Positions 50,198 through 59,693 of a stretch of DNA of 64,000 nucleotides are shown here, piece after piece; the first letter of the stretch is position 1, and every line of letters starts with the position of its first letter. The notes beneath the pieces are model-generated. The model worked only from the letters and a program-made list of their open reading frames with translations, was not told the DNA's origin and did not search any database. Origin of the DNA: an uncultured Clostridia bacterium. GTDB lineage: Bacteria; Bacillota; Clostridia; TANB77; CAG-508. A program made the translations under genes and the position numbers. The stretch spans positions 4,932 to 68,931 of the forward strand of contig CANRNC010000004.1 in the NCBI GenBank assembly GCA_947631915.1, in the 5' to 3' direction.

Positions 50198-50269
50198 GTT
50201 ATTTTAGTTGAAAAAAAAACAATAATATGATAGCATAACAATGTGAAAATAAAGGAAAAAGGTGGCAAT

Positions 50270-50386
50270 ATGAAAAAAGGAACTCTAAATGGGACAGTTT
50301 TAACAATCATTATAGAAAGTAAAAATGATTATAGTTATAAAGAATGGTATAGAATAGATAGAAAAAATGGAGAATGGAAGGTTTAA
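50270..50386 (+). CDS. candidate 38-aa small protein (MKKGTLNGTVLTIIIESKNDYSYKEWYRIDRKNGEWKV)
   Basis: It is below the ORF-track length cutoff. AGGTGG lies 4-5 nt before the ATG. A possible TTGAAA-17-TAGCAT promoter lies upstream. No homology evidence. Confidence 0.25.
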   Translation: MKKGTLNGTVLTIIIESKNDYSYKEWYRIDRKNGEWKV

Positions 50387-50428
50387 CTCAAATAAATAAA
50401 TAAACTATAAATATAAGAGGTAATTTGA

Positions 50429-51076
50429 ATGAAAACTTTAATTGTTACTGGTGGAAATGTAAATAAAGATTTTTTGTTAGAAACAATGAATGAGATCAAA
50501 TTCGAAACAATTATTGCTGTGGATAATGGTTTGAAAATATTGAATGAAATTAATGTAAAGCCAAATCATATAGTTGGCGATTTTGATACTGTTGATGAAA
50601 AAATTCTAAATATATATAGTAATAATGAAACCATAAAAATTCATAAGTACAATCCAATAAAAGACAATACAGATACAGACATCGCTATAAAATTAGCAAT
50701 AGAACTAAACAGTGATAAAATAATTATTTTAGGTGGAATTGGAACAAGAATTGATCATGTATTAGCAAATATTCATATATTAAAATATGCATTAGATAGA
50801 AATATAGAATGTAAAATGATGGATGAGAATAATGAAATACAGCTTATAAATAAAACAACTGTATTAAATAAGAAATATATAACTAAAAAATATATATCAT
50901 TAATTCCTTTAACAGAAAGCGTGGAAGGAATTAATTTAAAAGGTTTTAAATATGAATTGCAAAATGGAGAATTAAGAATAGGTTTAAGTTTAGGAATAAG
51001 TAATGAGATTGTTAAAGAACAAGCAACAATTGAATTTGAGAAGGGTATTTTAATTATGATAATGTCTAAAGATTGA
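50429..51076 (+). CDS. thiN: thiamine diphosphokinase
   Basis: Motifs VDNGL, VGDFDTV, KDNTDTD and GGIGTRIDH. Confidence 0.88.
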   Translation: MKTLIVTGGNVNKDFLLETMNEIKFETIIAVDNGLKILNEINVKPNHIVGDFDTVDEKILNIYSNNETIKIHKYNPIKDNTDTDIAIKLAIELNSDKIIILGGIGTRIDHVLANIHILKYALDRNIECKMMDENNEIQLINKTTVLNKKYITKKYISLIPLTESVEGINLKGFKYELQNGELRIGLSLGISNEIVKEQATIEFEKGILIMIMSKD

Positions 51077-51175
51077 AAAGTGACAACGAACGTTGACATA
51101 ATATGCAGAAAATGGTAAAATTATAATAGAATCATATAAAAACTGTCAAGACATATTTATAGGAGGTAAGAGATT

Positions 51176-51448
51176 ATGCGGAAAGGAAAAATGCATTTAA
51201 AAGGAAAGTTTATTTTAGTTGAGGACACAGCTGACAATATAGCTATGGGAATTGCAGTAGTATATTGTGTTTTATGTACAGTAATTCTAGTTGCTATAGC
51301 TATAAGCGAAGTTTCAACAGCAGAGGTATTTAATGGAGCTATATTATTATTACTAATAGGCTTCTGCTTATTCGACTACATTACAACATGGATTATTTTC
51401 CAAATCTCTAAATGGTGCGTTATTAAAGCACTTGTTAAAAAATTTTAA
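51176..51448 (+). CDS. small two-TM membrane protein, hypothetical
   Basis: AGGAGG RBS, two hydrophobic helices, and a terminator directly downstream. Confidence 0.5.
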   Translation: MRKGKMHLKGKFILVEDTADNIAMGIAVVYCVLCTVILVAIAISEVSTAEVFNGAILLLLIGFCLFDYITTWIIFQISKWCVIKALVKKF

Positions 51449-51452
51449 AGAC

Positions 51453-51482
51453 AAAAGCGAAGAAGTTTTCTTCGCTTTTTGC
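51453..51482 (+). terminator. rho-independent terminator
   Basis: AAAAGCGAAGAA-GTTT-TCTTCGCTTTTT. Confidence 0.85.
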
Positions 51483-51604
51483 ATATTTATAATAAAAATT
51501 AAAGTTATAAAATGTTTTAAAATTATGTACTTTCATAATAATAATTATTATTGAAAAAAATATAAAAAAATGATATATTAACTAAAATAGAAATTGGAGG
51601 AGAA

Positions 51605-53821
51605 ATGGAAGAATTAGAAGGACAAGTAATTGATATAATATATCAAAATGAATTAAATAGTTATACAATAGCAACCTTTGATACAGAAGATGACGAAATT
51701 ACTATTGTAGGATATCTTCCATTTGTAAATCCAGGAGATACATTAAAAGTTGCAGGTAGATATGTTACTCATCAAGAATATGGAGAACAATTTAAGGTTG
51801 AAACTTTTGAAAAAACAGAACCAAAAACTCTAGAAGCATTAGAGATTTATTTAGCTTCTGGAAGTATTAAGGGAATAGGACCAGCTACTGCAAAGAAAAT
51901 CATAAAGACATTTGGAGAAGATACTATAAACATTTTTAGAACTAATCCATCAGCACTTTCATCTATTTCAGGAATTACCTATGATAAGGCAATGCAAATG
52001 GGAGAGAGTTTTAATGAGAATTGGGAGCTATGGAATATAGTTAGTTTTTTAGAACAATTTGGAATATCTGCAAGTAATGCAAAGAAAGTATATAAGGATT
52101 TAGGTACAGATGCCATAAATGAAATAAAGAAAAATCCATATATATTGGTAGATAAAGTAAGAGGAATAGATTTTAAACAAATTGATAAAATGGCAATGGA
52201 CATAGGGATAGATATTCAAGATGATTCACGTGTTAGAAGCGGAATAAAATATAGTTTAAATCTAATTAGTTATAATGGACATTGTTGCACAATAAAAGAA
52301 AACTTAGTAAAATTTGTTAGGGATCTTTTAGGCGTACCAGCAGAAGTTATAGAAGACGAGATAATTAATTTGAAGGTTAAAGAAGAGATTGTAATAGAAA
52401 AAATAGGAGACGATGAGTGGATATATTTATTACCTTTCTATAAAGCAGAAGATAATATAGCTACAAGATTAATGATTATTGATACATCAAAGAATATAAA
52501 GCGAATTACCCATTTTGATACAGAACTTAAGAATATTGAGAAAGAAGAAGATATTAAATTATCAGAGAAGCAGAAAGAAGCATTACAAGCAATAAATGAT
52601 AATAATGTATGTGTAATAACAGGTGGACCAGGAACAGGTAAAACTACTATTATAAAAAGTATAATTGATTTATATAAGAAAAAAGGAAAAAAAGTTGTGT
52701 TATGTGCACCAACAGGAAGAGCAGCAAAAAGAATGACAGAAATTACAGGTCAAGAAGCTATGACTTTACATAGATTACTAGAAATTGGAAAAACTGGTGA
52801 CGAATCTCAAAGCATAGATGTAGATCTAAATGTACAAATGATAGATGGAGATGTTATTATAGTAGATGAAATGTCTATGGTGGATGTTTTTTTAATGAAT
52901 TATTTAGTAAAAGCGATTTATCAAGGTACAAAGATAGTTTTAGTTGGAGATGTTGATCAATTACCATCTGTTGGACCGGGAAGTGTTTTAAAAGATATAA
53001 TAAATTCAGAGAAAATTACAACAATACATTTAGATAAAATCTTTAGACAGGCAGCTAAAAGCAAAATAGTACAAAATGCACATAGAGTAAATAATGGTGA
53101 GACATTCATAAAAAAGGACGAAATAGAAGAACTTGAAAATGATTTTTTCTTTATGAATGAGTCAAATACTGATAAAATAATTGAGAATATTTTGAGTTTA
53201 TGTAGAGATAGGTTAAAAAACTATGGGAATTATGAATTTTTTAAAAATATTCAAGTTATAACTCCAACAAAAAAGGGAAGTTTAGGTACAAAAGAATTGA
53301 ACATACAACTTCAAAAGGTGTTGAATCCCAAGAAAATGGGAAAGGCAGAAAAGGCTTACGGCCAGACAATATTTAGAGTTGGAGATAAAGTAATGCAAAT
53401 TAAGAATAATTATGATATTTCTTGGACAAAGGAAGAAGAAAACGGAACAGGGGTGTTTAATGGAGAATTAGGAAGAATAACAGACATAGATACTTCTGAT
53501 GGCGCAATAAAAGTCAAGTTTGATGATGATAAAGAAGTATGGTATGAATATGCTGATTTAGAGCAATTAGAACATGCATATGCAATTACAGTTCATAAGT
53601 CTCAAGGCAGTGAATTTGATGTAGTAGTAATGCCAATAGCTCAAACTTCTCCAATGTTATTAACTAGAAATTTGCTATATACAGCAATAACTAGAGCAAA
53701 GAAATTATTAATAATTATTAGTAGCGATAAAATAATACAATTTACAATACAGAATACAGATAGCAAAAAAAGAAATACCGGTTTAGAACACAAATTAAGA
53801 AATATTAATGTTGATTTTTAA
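51605..53821 (+). CDS. recD2: RecD2-like SF1 ATP-dependent DNA helicase
   Basis: HhH region (IKGIGPATAKKI), Walker A GGPGTGKTT, motifs DEMSMVD, GDVDQLPSVGPG and VHKSQGSEFD. Confidence 0.92.
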   Translation: MEELEGQVIDIIYQNELNSYTIATFDTEDDEITIVGYLPFVNPGDTLKVAGRYVTHQEYGEQFKVETFEKTEPKTLEALEIYLASGSIKGIGPATAKKIIKTFGEDTINIFRTNPSALSSISGITYDKAMQMGESFNENWELWNIVSFLEQFGISASNAKKVYKDLGTDAINEIKKNPYILVDKVRGIDFKQIDKMAMDIGIDIQDDSRVRSGIKYSLNLISYNGHCCTIKENLVKFVRDLLGVPAEVIEDEIINLKVKEEIVIEKIGDDEWIYLLPFYKAEDNIATRLMIIDTSKNIKRITHFDTELKNIEKEEDIKLSEKQKEALQAINDNNVCVITGGPGTGKTTIIKSIIDLYKKKGKKVVLCAPTGRAAKRMTEITGQEAMTLHRLLEIGKTGDESQSIDVDLNVQMIDGDVIIVDEMSMVDVFLMNYLVKAIYQGTKIVLVGDVDQLPSVGPGSVLKDIINSEKITTIHLDKIFRQAAKSKIVQNAHRVNNGETFIKKDEIEELENDFFFMNESNTDKIIENILSLCRDRLKNYGNYEFFKNIQVITPTKKGSLGTKELNIQLQKVLNPKKMGKAEKAYGQTIFRVGDKVMQIKNNYDISWTKEEENGTGVFNGELGRITDIDTSDGAIKVKFDDDKEVWYEYADLEQLEHAYAITVHKSQGSEFDVVVMPIAQTSPMLLTRNLLYTAITRAKKLLIIISSDKIIQFTIQNTDSKKRNTGLEHKLRNINVDF

Positions 53822-53872
53822 AATAATATATTATATAATGGATAAAATATAATAAGCAAAGGAGCAACAGTA

Positions 53873-54715
53873 ATGTTCGATACTGCAAATATTAAAGTGT
53901 ATGGATTTGTCGGACCATCAGGCACAGGAAAAAGTTATAGAGCACAATTTGTTGCAGGAGAAAATGATATAAAATTTATCATTGATGATGGTTTATTTAT
54001 AAATGATAATAAGATTATAGCAGGAACCTCGGCTAAAAAGGCAGATACAAAGATAGAAACAGTAAAACATGCATTGTTTTTAAATAAAAAAGAGCAAAGT
54101 GAAATACAAAAAGCTATTCAAGAATACAAACCAGACAGCATAATGATTTTAGGAACTTCAGATGGAATGGTACAAAAAATCGCACATAATTTGGGACTTC
54201 CAGAAATTGAAAAAATAATTCATATAGAAGATGTAGCGACACCAGAAGAAATGGAAAGAGCTCATCATGTAAGAGTTACAGAAGGAAAACATGTTATTCC
54301 AGTACCTACTTTCGAGATAAAAAAAGATTTTTCAGGCTATATTTTAGATCCTTTACAAATTTTTAAATCTAAAGGACATGGAAATGAACCATATATGGAT
54401 GAAAAATCTATAATAAGACCAACATTTAGCTATATCGGAAATTTCACTATATCAGATAATGTATTTAGACAGATAATTGATTATTTAGCTAGAAAGACAC
54501 CAGAAATAGATAAAATAAATAGGGTGAGAATCACTAAAAGTGAATTAGGACCTTCTATTTATATGGAAGTTACATTAATATATGGATATAATGTTAAAAA
54601 TGCTTTAAAAGATTTTAAAATAAAGTGTAAAAAAGAGATAGAAAAACTAACAGCGATGAATATACAGAATATTATAATAGTGGCAAAAACATTGAAAATG
54701 CCAGAAGAAAATTAA
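53873..54715 (+). CDS. uncharacterised two-domain protein: N-terminal P-loop domain (HprK-like signature) + C-terminal Asp23/Gls24-like domain
   Basis: N-terminal region reads GPSGTGKSYRAQFVAGENDIKFIIDDGLFI. C-terminal region reads ...ISDNVFRQIIDYLARKTPEIDKINRVRI...IYMEVTLIYGYNVKNALKDFKIKCKKEIEKLTAMNIQNIIIVAKTL. Confidence 0.6.
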   Translation: MFDTANIKVYGFVGPSGTGKSYRAQFVAGENDIKFIIDDGLFINDNKIIAGTSAKKADTKIETVKHALFLNKKEQSEIQKAIQEYKPDSIMILGTSDGMVQKIAHNLGLPEIEKIIHIEDVATPEEMERAHHVRVTEGKHVIPVPTFEIKKDFSGYILDPLQIFKSKGHGNEPYMDEKSIIRPTFSYIGNFTISDNVFRQIIDYLARKTPEIDKINRVRITKSELGPSIYMEVTLIYGYNVKNALKDFKIKCKKEIEKLTAMNIQNIIIVAKTLKMPEEN

Positions 54716-54727
54716 GGAGGAACTAGT

Positions 54728-55405
54728 ATGTCTTATGTAATAGCTATAGATGGACCGGCAGGAGTAGGAAAGGGAACAATAGCAAAAAGAGTTGCAGACG
54801 ATTTGGGACTAATAACAATTGATACTGGGGCAACATATAGATGTCTTACTGTTGCAGTAATTGATAATGGAATAAAAATAAATGAAGTCGATAAAATTAT
54901 AAAGTTATCAAAAGAGATAAATATAGATATGCAATTAGAAGAAAAAGAAGCAAGAATTTTCTTAAATGGAAAGGATGTAACAACAAGAATCAGAGAAGAT
55001 GATATAAACAATTTTGTATCGCCAGTATCAGCAATAAAAGAAGTAAGAGCGGAAATGGTAAATCTTCAAAGAAAATTAGCTCAAGGGAAAAATGTCATAA
55101 TGGAAGGAAGAGATATTGGAACAGTAGTATTTCCAGATGCAACAGTTAAAATATTTTTAGATGCTTCATTAGAAGAAAGAGCAATGAGAAGATATAATCA
55201 AAATCAGGAGACTGGAATTGATAAAGATTTAACTTATGAAGAGGTTTATGAAAGTATAAAAACACGTGATTATAATGACAGAAACAAACCTATAGGAGCT
55301 TTAAAACAAGCTGAAGATGCTATATTAGTTGATACAACTGGAAAGACTATAGAAGAAAACATTAAACGAGTAGAAGAAGTAATAAAATCAAAAGTGAATA
55401 TATAA
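54728..55405 (+). CDS. cmk: cytidylate kinase
   Basis: IAIDGPAGVGKGT and GRDIGTVVFPDA. Confidence 0.95.
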   Translation: MSYVIAIDGPAGVGKGTIAKRVADDLGLITIDTGATYRCLTVAVIDNGIKINEVDKIIKLSKEINIDMQLEEKEARIFLNGKDVTTRIREDDINNFVSPVSAIKEVRAEMVNLQRKLAQGKNVIMEGRDIGTVVFPDATVKIFLDASLEERAMRRYNQNQETGIDKDLTYEEVYESIKTRDYNDRNKPIGALKQAEDAILVDTTGKTIEENIKRVEEVIKSKVNI

Positions 55406-55424
55406 TATGTAACGGAGATTAAAT

Positions 55425-55520
55425 AGAGGGGCACAACTAACGTATAAGTCTTCTCTTAACAATGAAACCCATAATATTTATTAGTTGTTAAGAGAAGACT
55501 TAATTTTGATGTGCTCTTTT
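55425..55520 (+). terminator. compound structured element after cmk: outer terminator-like helix enclosing an 18-bp perfect hairpin
   Basis: The outer helix pairs AGAGGGGCACA (55425-55435) with TGTGCTCTTTT (55510-55520). The inner stem is TAAGTCTTCTCTTAACAA / TTGTTAAGAGAAGACTTA with a 22-nt loop. Confidence 0.5.
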
Positions 55521-55549
55521 AATTAAAATATATCGCTTTAGGAAAGGAA

Positions 55550-56140
55550 ATGAATTGGATTATGATTAGAGCAATAATAAAATTTTGTTTGAATGTATTT
55601 TTTACTATTTATTTTAGAATAGAAAAGCGTGGAGAGGAAAATTTACCAAAAGGAGCTTATATTTTGGCACCAAAACATTTAAGTAATTGGGATCCACCTA
55701 TAATAGTAGCAAAATTAAAAAGAAATGATGTATACATATTAGCGAAACAAGAATTATTTGTTAATGGCTTTGTGAAATTTTTAGCTAAAAAAACAAATGT
55801 ATTACCAGTAAAGCGTGATTCTCATGATACAGGTGTTATAAAGCAAAGTATAAAAATACTAAAAAATGGTAATGTTTTTATTATATTTCCTGAAGGAACG
55901 AGGAATGGTATAGAAAAAAATGGTGAAATACATAGTGGAGCAGTAATAATGGCTAATATGGCGAAAGTACCTATTGTTCCTGTGGGAATAAAGGCTACAT
56001 ACAAACCTTTTTCTAAAGTTACAATAAATTATGGAAAACCAATTAATTTTGATGGAAAGAAAATGCAAAAAGAAGAAATTGAAAATGCAACAAATATATT
56101 AAAGGAAGACATAATTAAGTTGACAAATGAAACAATATAA
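55550..56140 (+). CDS. plsC: 1-acyl-sn-glycerol-3-phosphate acyltransferase
   Basis: HxxxxD motif (KHLSNWD) and FPEGTR. Confidence 0.88.
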   Translation: MNWIMIRAIIKFCLNVFFTIYFRIEKRGEENLPKGAYILAPKHLSNWDPPIIVAKLKRNDVYILAKQELFVNGFVKFLAKKTNVLPVKRDSHDTGVIKQSIKILKNGNVFIIFPEGTRNGIEKNGEIHSGAVIMANMAKVPIVPVGIKATYKPFSKVTINYGKPINFDGKKMQKEEIENATNILKEDIIKLTNETI

Positions 56141-56224
56141 GATATAATATATTGTCGTAAAAAATACTAGAATATACATTATATTCTGCAAACTGAACAA
56201 AGAGAATGGTTTGCAAAAGTATAG

Positions 56225-56249
56225 AAAGATAAAATAGTTTTATCTTTTT
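56225..56249 (+). terminator. weak AT-rich terminator-like hairpin after plsC
   Basis: AAAGATAAAA-TAG-TTTTATCTTT followed by T-rich sequence. Confidence 0.35.
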
Positions 56250-56318
56250 ATATTTTTTATTATTTTGCAGTATAACTAGAAATAATATTAGATTTTTTGA
56301 AAGGAATGAAAACTAAAA

Positions 56319-58139
56319 ATGAACAATGAGAAAATAAGGAACATAGCAATAATTGCACACGTTGACCATGGTAAAACTACATTGGTAGATCAATTATTAA
56401 GACAAAGCCATATTTTTAGAGATAATGAACAAGTTGCAGAGAGAGTACTGGACTCTAATGATATAGAAAAAGAGAGAGGAATAACAATTTTAGCAAAAAA
56501 TACATCTGTTATGTATGGAGATATAAAAATAAACATTGTTGATACTCCTGGACATGCTGATTTTGGAGGAGAAGTAGAAAGAGTATTAAAAACAGTTGAT
56601 GGTGTTTTATTATTAGTTGATGCTTTTGAAGGAACTATGCCTCAAACAAGAGAAGTTTTAAAAAAATCATTATCATTAAATTTAAAACCAATAGTTGTAA
56701 TTAATAAAATAGATAGACCAGGAGCAGATCCAGCAAAAGTTCTAGATGAAGTTATAAGTTTATTTATTGAATTAGATGCATCAGATGAACAATTAGATTT
56801 TCCAGTAGTATATACATCTGCAAAATTAGGAATTGCAAAAATGGATTTATCAGAGCCTGATGGAAATATGGATTGTTTGTTCAGAACAATAGTGGATACA
56901 ATAAAAGCTCCAAATTGTAATGAAGATGGACCAATGCAAATGTTAGTTTCAAACATAGACTATGATGATTATGTGGGTAGAATTGCAGTTGGAAGAGTTG
57001 AACGTGGTATAGTAAGAGCTGGAATGCCAGTAGTTGTATGTAAGAATGAAAACAAGAATATAAATGGAAGGATTGTAAAGGTTTACACTCATGTTGGATT
57101 AGATAAAGTTGAAGTAGAAGAAGCAAAGGCTGGAGATATTATAGAAGTTTCTGGAATTACTGATATTGGTATTGGAGAAACAATCTGTGATATAAATAAT
57201 CCAGAAAAGATTGATTTTGTAGATATTGATGAACCAACTGTAACAATGACATTTAGTGTAAATAATGGACCTTTAGCAGGTCGTGAAGGAGAATTTGTAA
57301 CATCACGTCATATAAGAGATAGATTATTCAAAGAACTTGAAAGAAATGTGAGTTTAAGAGTGAAAGAAACAGCTCAAGCGGACTCCTTTGAGGTTGCGGG
57401 TCGTGGAGAATTACATTTATCTGTATTAATTGAAAACATGAGAAGAGAGGGATTTGAACTTTTAGTATCTCGTCCAAGAGTTATAATTAAAGAAATAAAT
57501 GGAGAAAAATGTGAGCCTATAGAGAATTTAGTTGTAAATGTTCCAGATGATTGTATAGGTACAGTAATTGAAAAGTTAGGTAGAAGAAAAGCAGAAATGA
57601 TAAATATGGAACCAGCAGAAGCAGGACACACTAGAGTAGAATTCAAAATTCCTGCAAGAGGTCTAATAGGATATCGCTCTGAATTTATGACAGATACAAA
57701 GGGTAATGGTACGATGAACCATGTATTTGATTCTTATGCACCATATAAAGGAGACATAGTTTCAAGAGTAAGAGGAACAATTGTAGCTTTTGAACCTGGA
57801 ATTTCAATAACTTATGGATTGTACAATGCACAAGATAAGGGAGAGCTTTTCATAGGACCTGGAGTTGAAGTATACGAAGGAATGATAGTAGGAATAAATT
57901 CACGTTCTGAAGATTTAGCTATAAATGTATGCAAAGAGAAACATTTAACAAATACAAGAGCGTCTGGTTCAGATGAAGCATTACGTTTAGTACCACCAAT
58001 TCAAATGTCATTAGAGCAAGCTATAGAATTTATTCAAGATGATGAATTAGTTGAAGTAACACCAAAGTCTATAAGATTGAGAAAGAAAATTCTAAACTCT
58101 AAAGAAAGAGAAAGAGCAAATAGAAATAAGCAACAATAA
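56319..58139 (+). CDS. typA: translational GTPase TypA/BipA
   Basis: G1 [10 protein letters not shown]3 DTPGHADF, G4 NKID. 606 aa, EF-G-like domain order. Confidence 0.96.
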   Translation: MNNEKIRNIAIIAHVDHGKTTLVDQLLRQSHIFRDNEQVAERVLDSNDIEKERGITILAKNTSVMYGDIKINIVDTPGHADFGGEVERVLKTVDGVLLLVDAFEGTMPQTREVLKKSLSLNLKPIVVINKIDRPGADPAKVLDEVISLFIELDASDEQLDFPVVYTSAKLGIAKMDLSEPDGNMDCLFRTIVDTIKAPNCNEDGPMQMLVSNIDYDDYVGRIAVGRVERGIVRAGMPVVVCKNENKNINGRIVKVYTHVGLDKVEVEEAKAGDIIEVSGITDIGIGETICDINNPEKIDFVDIDEPTVTMTFSVNNGPLAGREGEFVTSRHIRDRLFKELERNVSLRVKETAQADSFEVAGRGELHLSVLIENMRREGFELLVSRPRVIIKEINGEKCEPIENLVVNVPDDCIGTVIEKLGRRKAEMINMEPAEAGHTRVEFKIPARGLIGYRSEFMTDTKGNGTMNHVFDSYAPYKGDIVSRVRGTIVAFEPGISITYGLYNAQDKGELFIGPGVEVYEGMIVGINSRSEDLAINVCKEKHLTNTRASGSDEALRLVPPIQMSLEQAIEFIQDDELVEVTPKSIRLRKKILNSKERERANRNKQQ

Positions 58140-58143
58140 TATT

Positions 58144-58166
58144 GGCGGGCAGATGTCCGCCTTTTT
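58144..58166 (+). terminator. rho-independent terminator after typA
   Basis: GGCGGGC-AGAT-GTCCGCC followed by TTTTT. Confidence 0.85.
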
Positions 58167-58210
58167 AATAATATAAAAGCAATTGTAGAATTATTTGAAA
58201 AGGATTGATA

Positions 58211-58804
58211 ATGTATATGAATAAAGAAGAATTAGAAAAAATAAAGAAAAAAGCATTAGAAGAGCATATTCCTATAATAATGGATGATACTTTATCAGTA
58301 ATAGAAAAAACGCTTAAAGGTAAAAAAGTATATAGTTTTTTAGAAATAGGAACAGCAGTTGGATATTCTGCAATGTGTTTTAGTGAGCTCTTATCGGAAA
58401 ATGGAAAAATCGATACAATTGAAAGAGATGTAGAAAGAGTTGCTGAAGCAAGAAAAAATATAAAAAAAGTAGGAGTAGAAGATAAGATAAACGTTCTAGA
58501 AGGTGATGCAGTTGAGATTTTACCAACATTAAATAATAAATATGATGTTGTATTTATTGATGCTGCAAAAGGCAAGTATCCTTTCTTCTTGAAGGAGGCT
58601 TTAAGAATGATAAAAACAGATGGAATAATTTTTGCTGATAATATATTATATAAAGGCTATGTAATGAGTGACTATAATAAACATAAACAAAGAACAGCAG
58701 TAAGAAACTTAAGAGAGTATATAAAAGAAATTAGTGAAAATCCCAATTTAGAAACAGAGATATTAGAAGTGGGAGATGGTCTTGCAATAAGTAAAGTAAA
58801 ATAG
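58211..58804 (+). CDS. class I SAM-dependent O-methyltransferase (YrrM/TrmR-like)
   Basis: LEIGTAVGYSAMCF and FIDAAKGKY. The start is ambiguous (58205 TTG, 58211 or 58217 ATG). Confidence 0.82.
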   Translation: MYMNKEELEKIKKKALEEHIPIIMDDTLSVIEKTLKGKKVYSFLEIGTAVGYSAMCFSELLSENGKIDTIERDVERVAEARKNIKKVGVEDKINVLEGDAVEILPTLNNKYDVVFIDAAKGKYPFFLKEALRMIKTDGIIFADNILYKGYVMSDYNKHKQRTAVRNLREYIKEISENPNLETEILEVGDGLAISKVK

Positions 58805-58828
58805 ATTGCTACATAAGCAATCTATTTT
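58802..58828 (+). terminator. terminator overlapping the methyltransferase stop codon
   Basis: TAGATTGCT-ACATA-AGCAATCTA followed by TTTT. Confidence 0.7.
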
Positions 58829-58894
58829 AAATTTTTGAAAAATTTCTGTTATTTGTATACATATAAAATTTTTATAACAGATAAGAATTAATTT

Positions 58895-59560
58895 TTAGGA
58901 TTGCTTAACAGAATCCAAATCATTTTCAATAGATGTAAAACGATTACGAAAAGCATCAGTCTTAAATTTTAGATGCCTAACTTCATTTGATAGTGAAACT
59001 ATAGTAGCAGAATGAGCATCGGATTTTAAATTTAAACTTTCAATATCAGATTTTAGCTCATTAATACTAGCTTTGATTTCATTAGTATCCTTTCGTAAGT
59101 CTCTAATATCTTCTTTTATTTCTGCCATTTCACATCGAATTAAGTTAATGTCACGATCAATTGTTTCTCTGAATTTTAACATAGAATTTGCGAGTTCAGA
59201 CTTAAATTCTTGCCTTAACTCTTGCTTTAATTGTCCCATATCAGAATTCATTTCTTGTTTCAAACTTTCTAAATCAGACTTAAATTCTTGTCTTAACTCT
59301 TGCTTCAAACTTTCTAAATCAGACTTAAATTCTTGTCTTAAATTTTCCATGTCAGACTTAAATTCTTGTCTTAACTCTTGTTTCAAACTTTCCAAATCAG
59401 ACTTGAATTCTTGTCTTAAATTTTCCAAATCAGACTTGAATTCTTGTCTTAAATTTTCTATATCAGATTTAAATTCTTGTCTTAAGTTTTCAATTTCTAT
59501 TTTAATTGATTGATAGAATTCTGACAGATTACTTTTCAAAATACGTTCTAACTGATCCAT
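58895..59560 (-). CDS. cytoplasmic coiled-coil protein built from tandem (E/D)(N/S)L(R/K)QEFKSD(L/I/M) repeats
   Basis: GGGAGGTG lies 7 nt before the ATG at 59560 (MDQLERILK). There is no TM or signal peptide. 11-aa and 15-aa repeat units span residues about 25-125. Confidence 0.7.
   Translation of the reverse strand: MDQLERILKSNLSEFYQSIKIEIENLRQEFKSDIENLRQEFKSDLENLRQEFKSDLESLKQELRQEFKSDMENLRQEFKSDLESLKQELRQEFKSDLESLKQEMNSDMGQLKQELRQEFKSELANSMLKFRETIDRDINLIRCEMAEIKEDIRDLRKDTNEIKASINELKSDIESLNLKSDAHSATIVSLSNEVRHLKFKTDAFRNRFTSIENDLDSVKQS
59196..59495 (-). repeat. in-frame tandem DNA repeats (33-nt and 45-nt units) within the coiled-coil gene
   Basis: On the plus strand, TCAGACTT(A/G)AATTCTTGTCTTAA... 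recurs at least 7 times, with or without a 12-nt CTCTTG(C/T)TTCAA insert. Confidence 0.85.
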
Positions 59561-59640
59561 AAATATCACCTCCCTAGTAAATAAGATATAAAAATTATAA
59601 CACTACAATAAAAAATAGACAAGTACAAAAAAGCAAAAAC

Positions 59641-59669
59641 TTCACAAATTTTATTAATTGTGTTAAAAT
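59641..59669 (+). promoter_or_regulatory. sigma-A promoter with extended -10 (TTCACA-17-TGtTAAAAT)
   Basis: TTCACA at 59641-59646 and TAAAAT at 59664-59669. Confidence 0.5.
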
Positions 59670-59693
59670 ATAAAAATATGATTGGAGAAAGTT

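Noticed and set aside
59196-59495. Regularly spaced repeats that could be mistaken for a CRISPR array. The same applies to 26982-27112.
   Set aside because: The units are contiguous with no unique spacers. They are in frame within coding sequence, and no cas genes or leader are nearby.
59073-59513. 146-aa plus-strand ORF opposite the coiled-coil repeat gene.
   Set aside because: It is a Ser/Leu/Cys-rich shadow of the repeats with no RBS. The minus-strand ORF has a GGGAGGTG RBS and a coherent heptad-like repeat.
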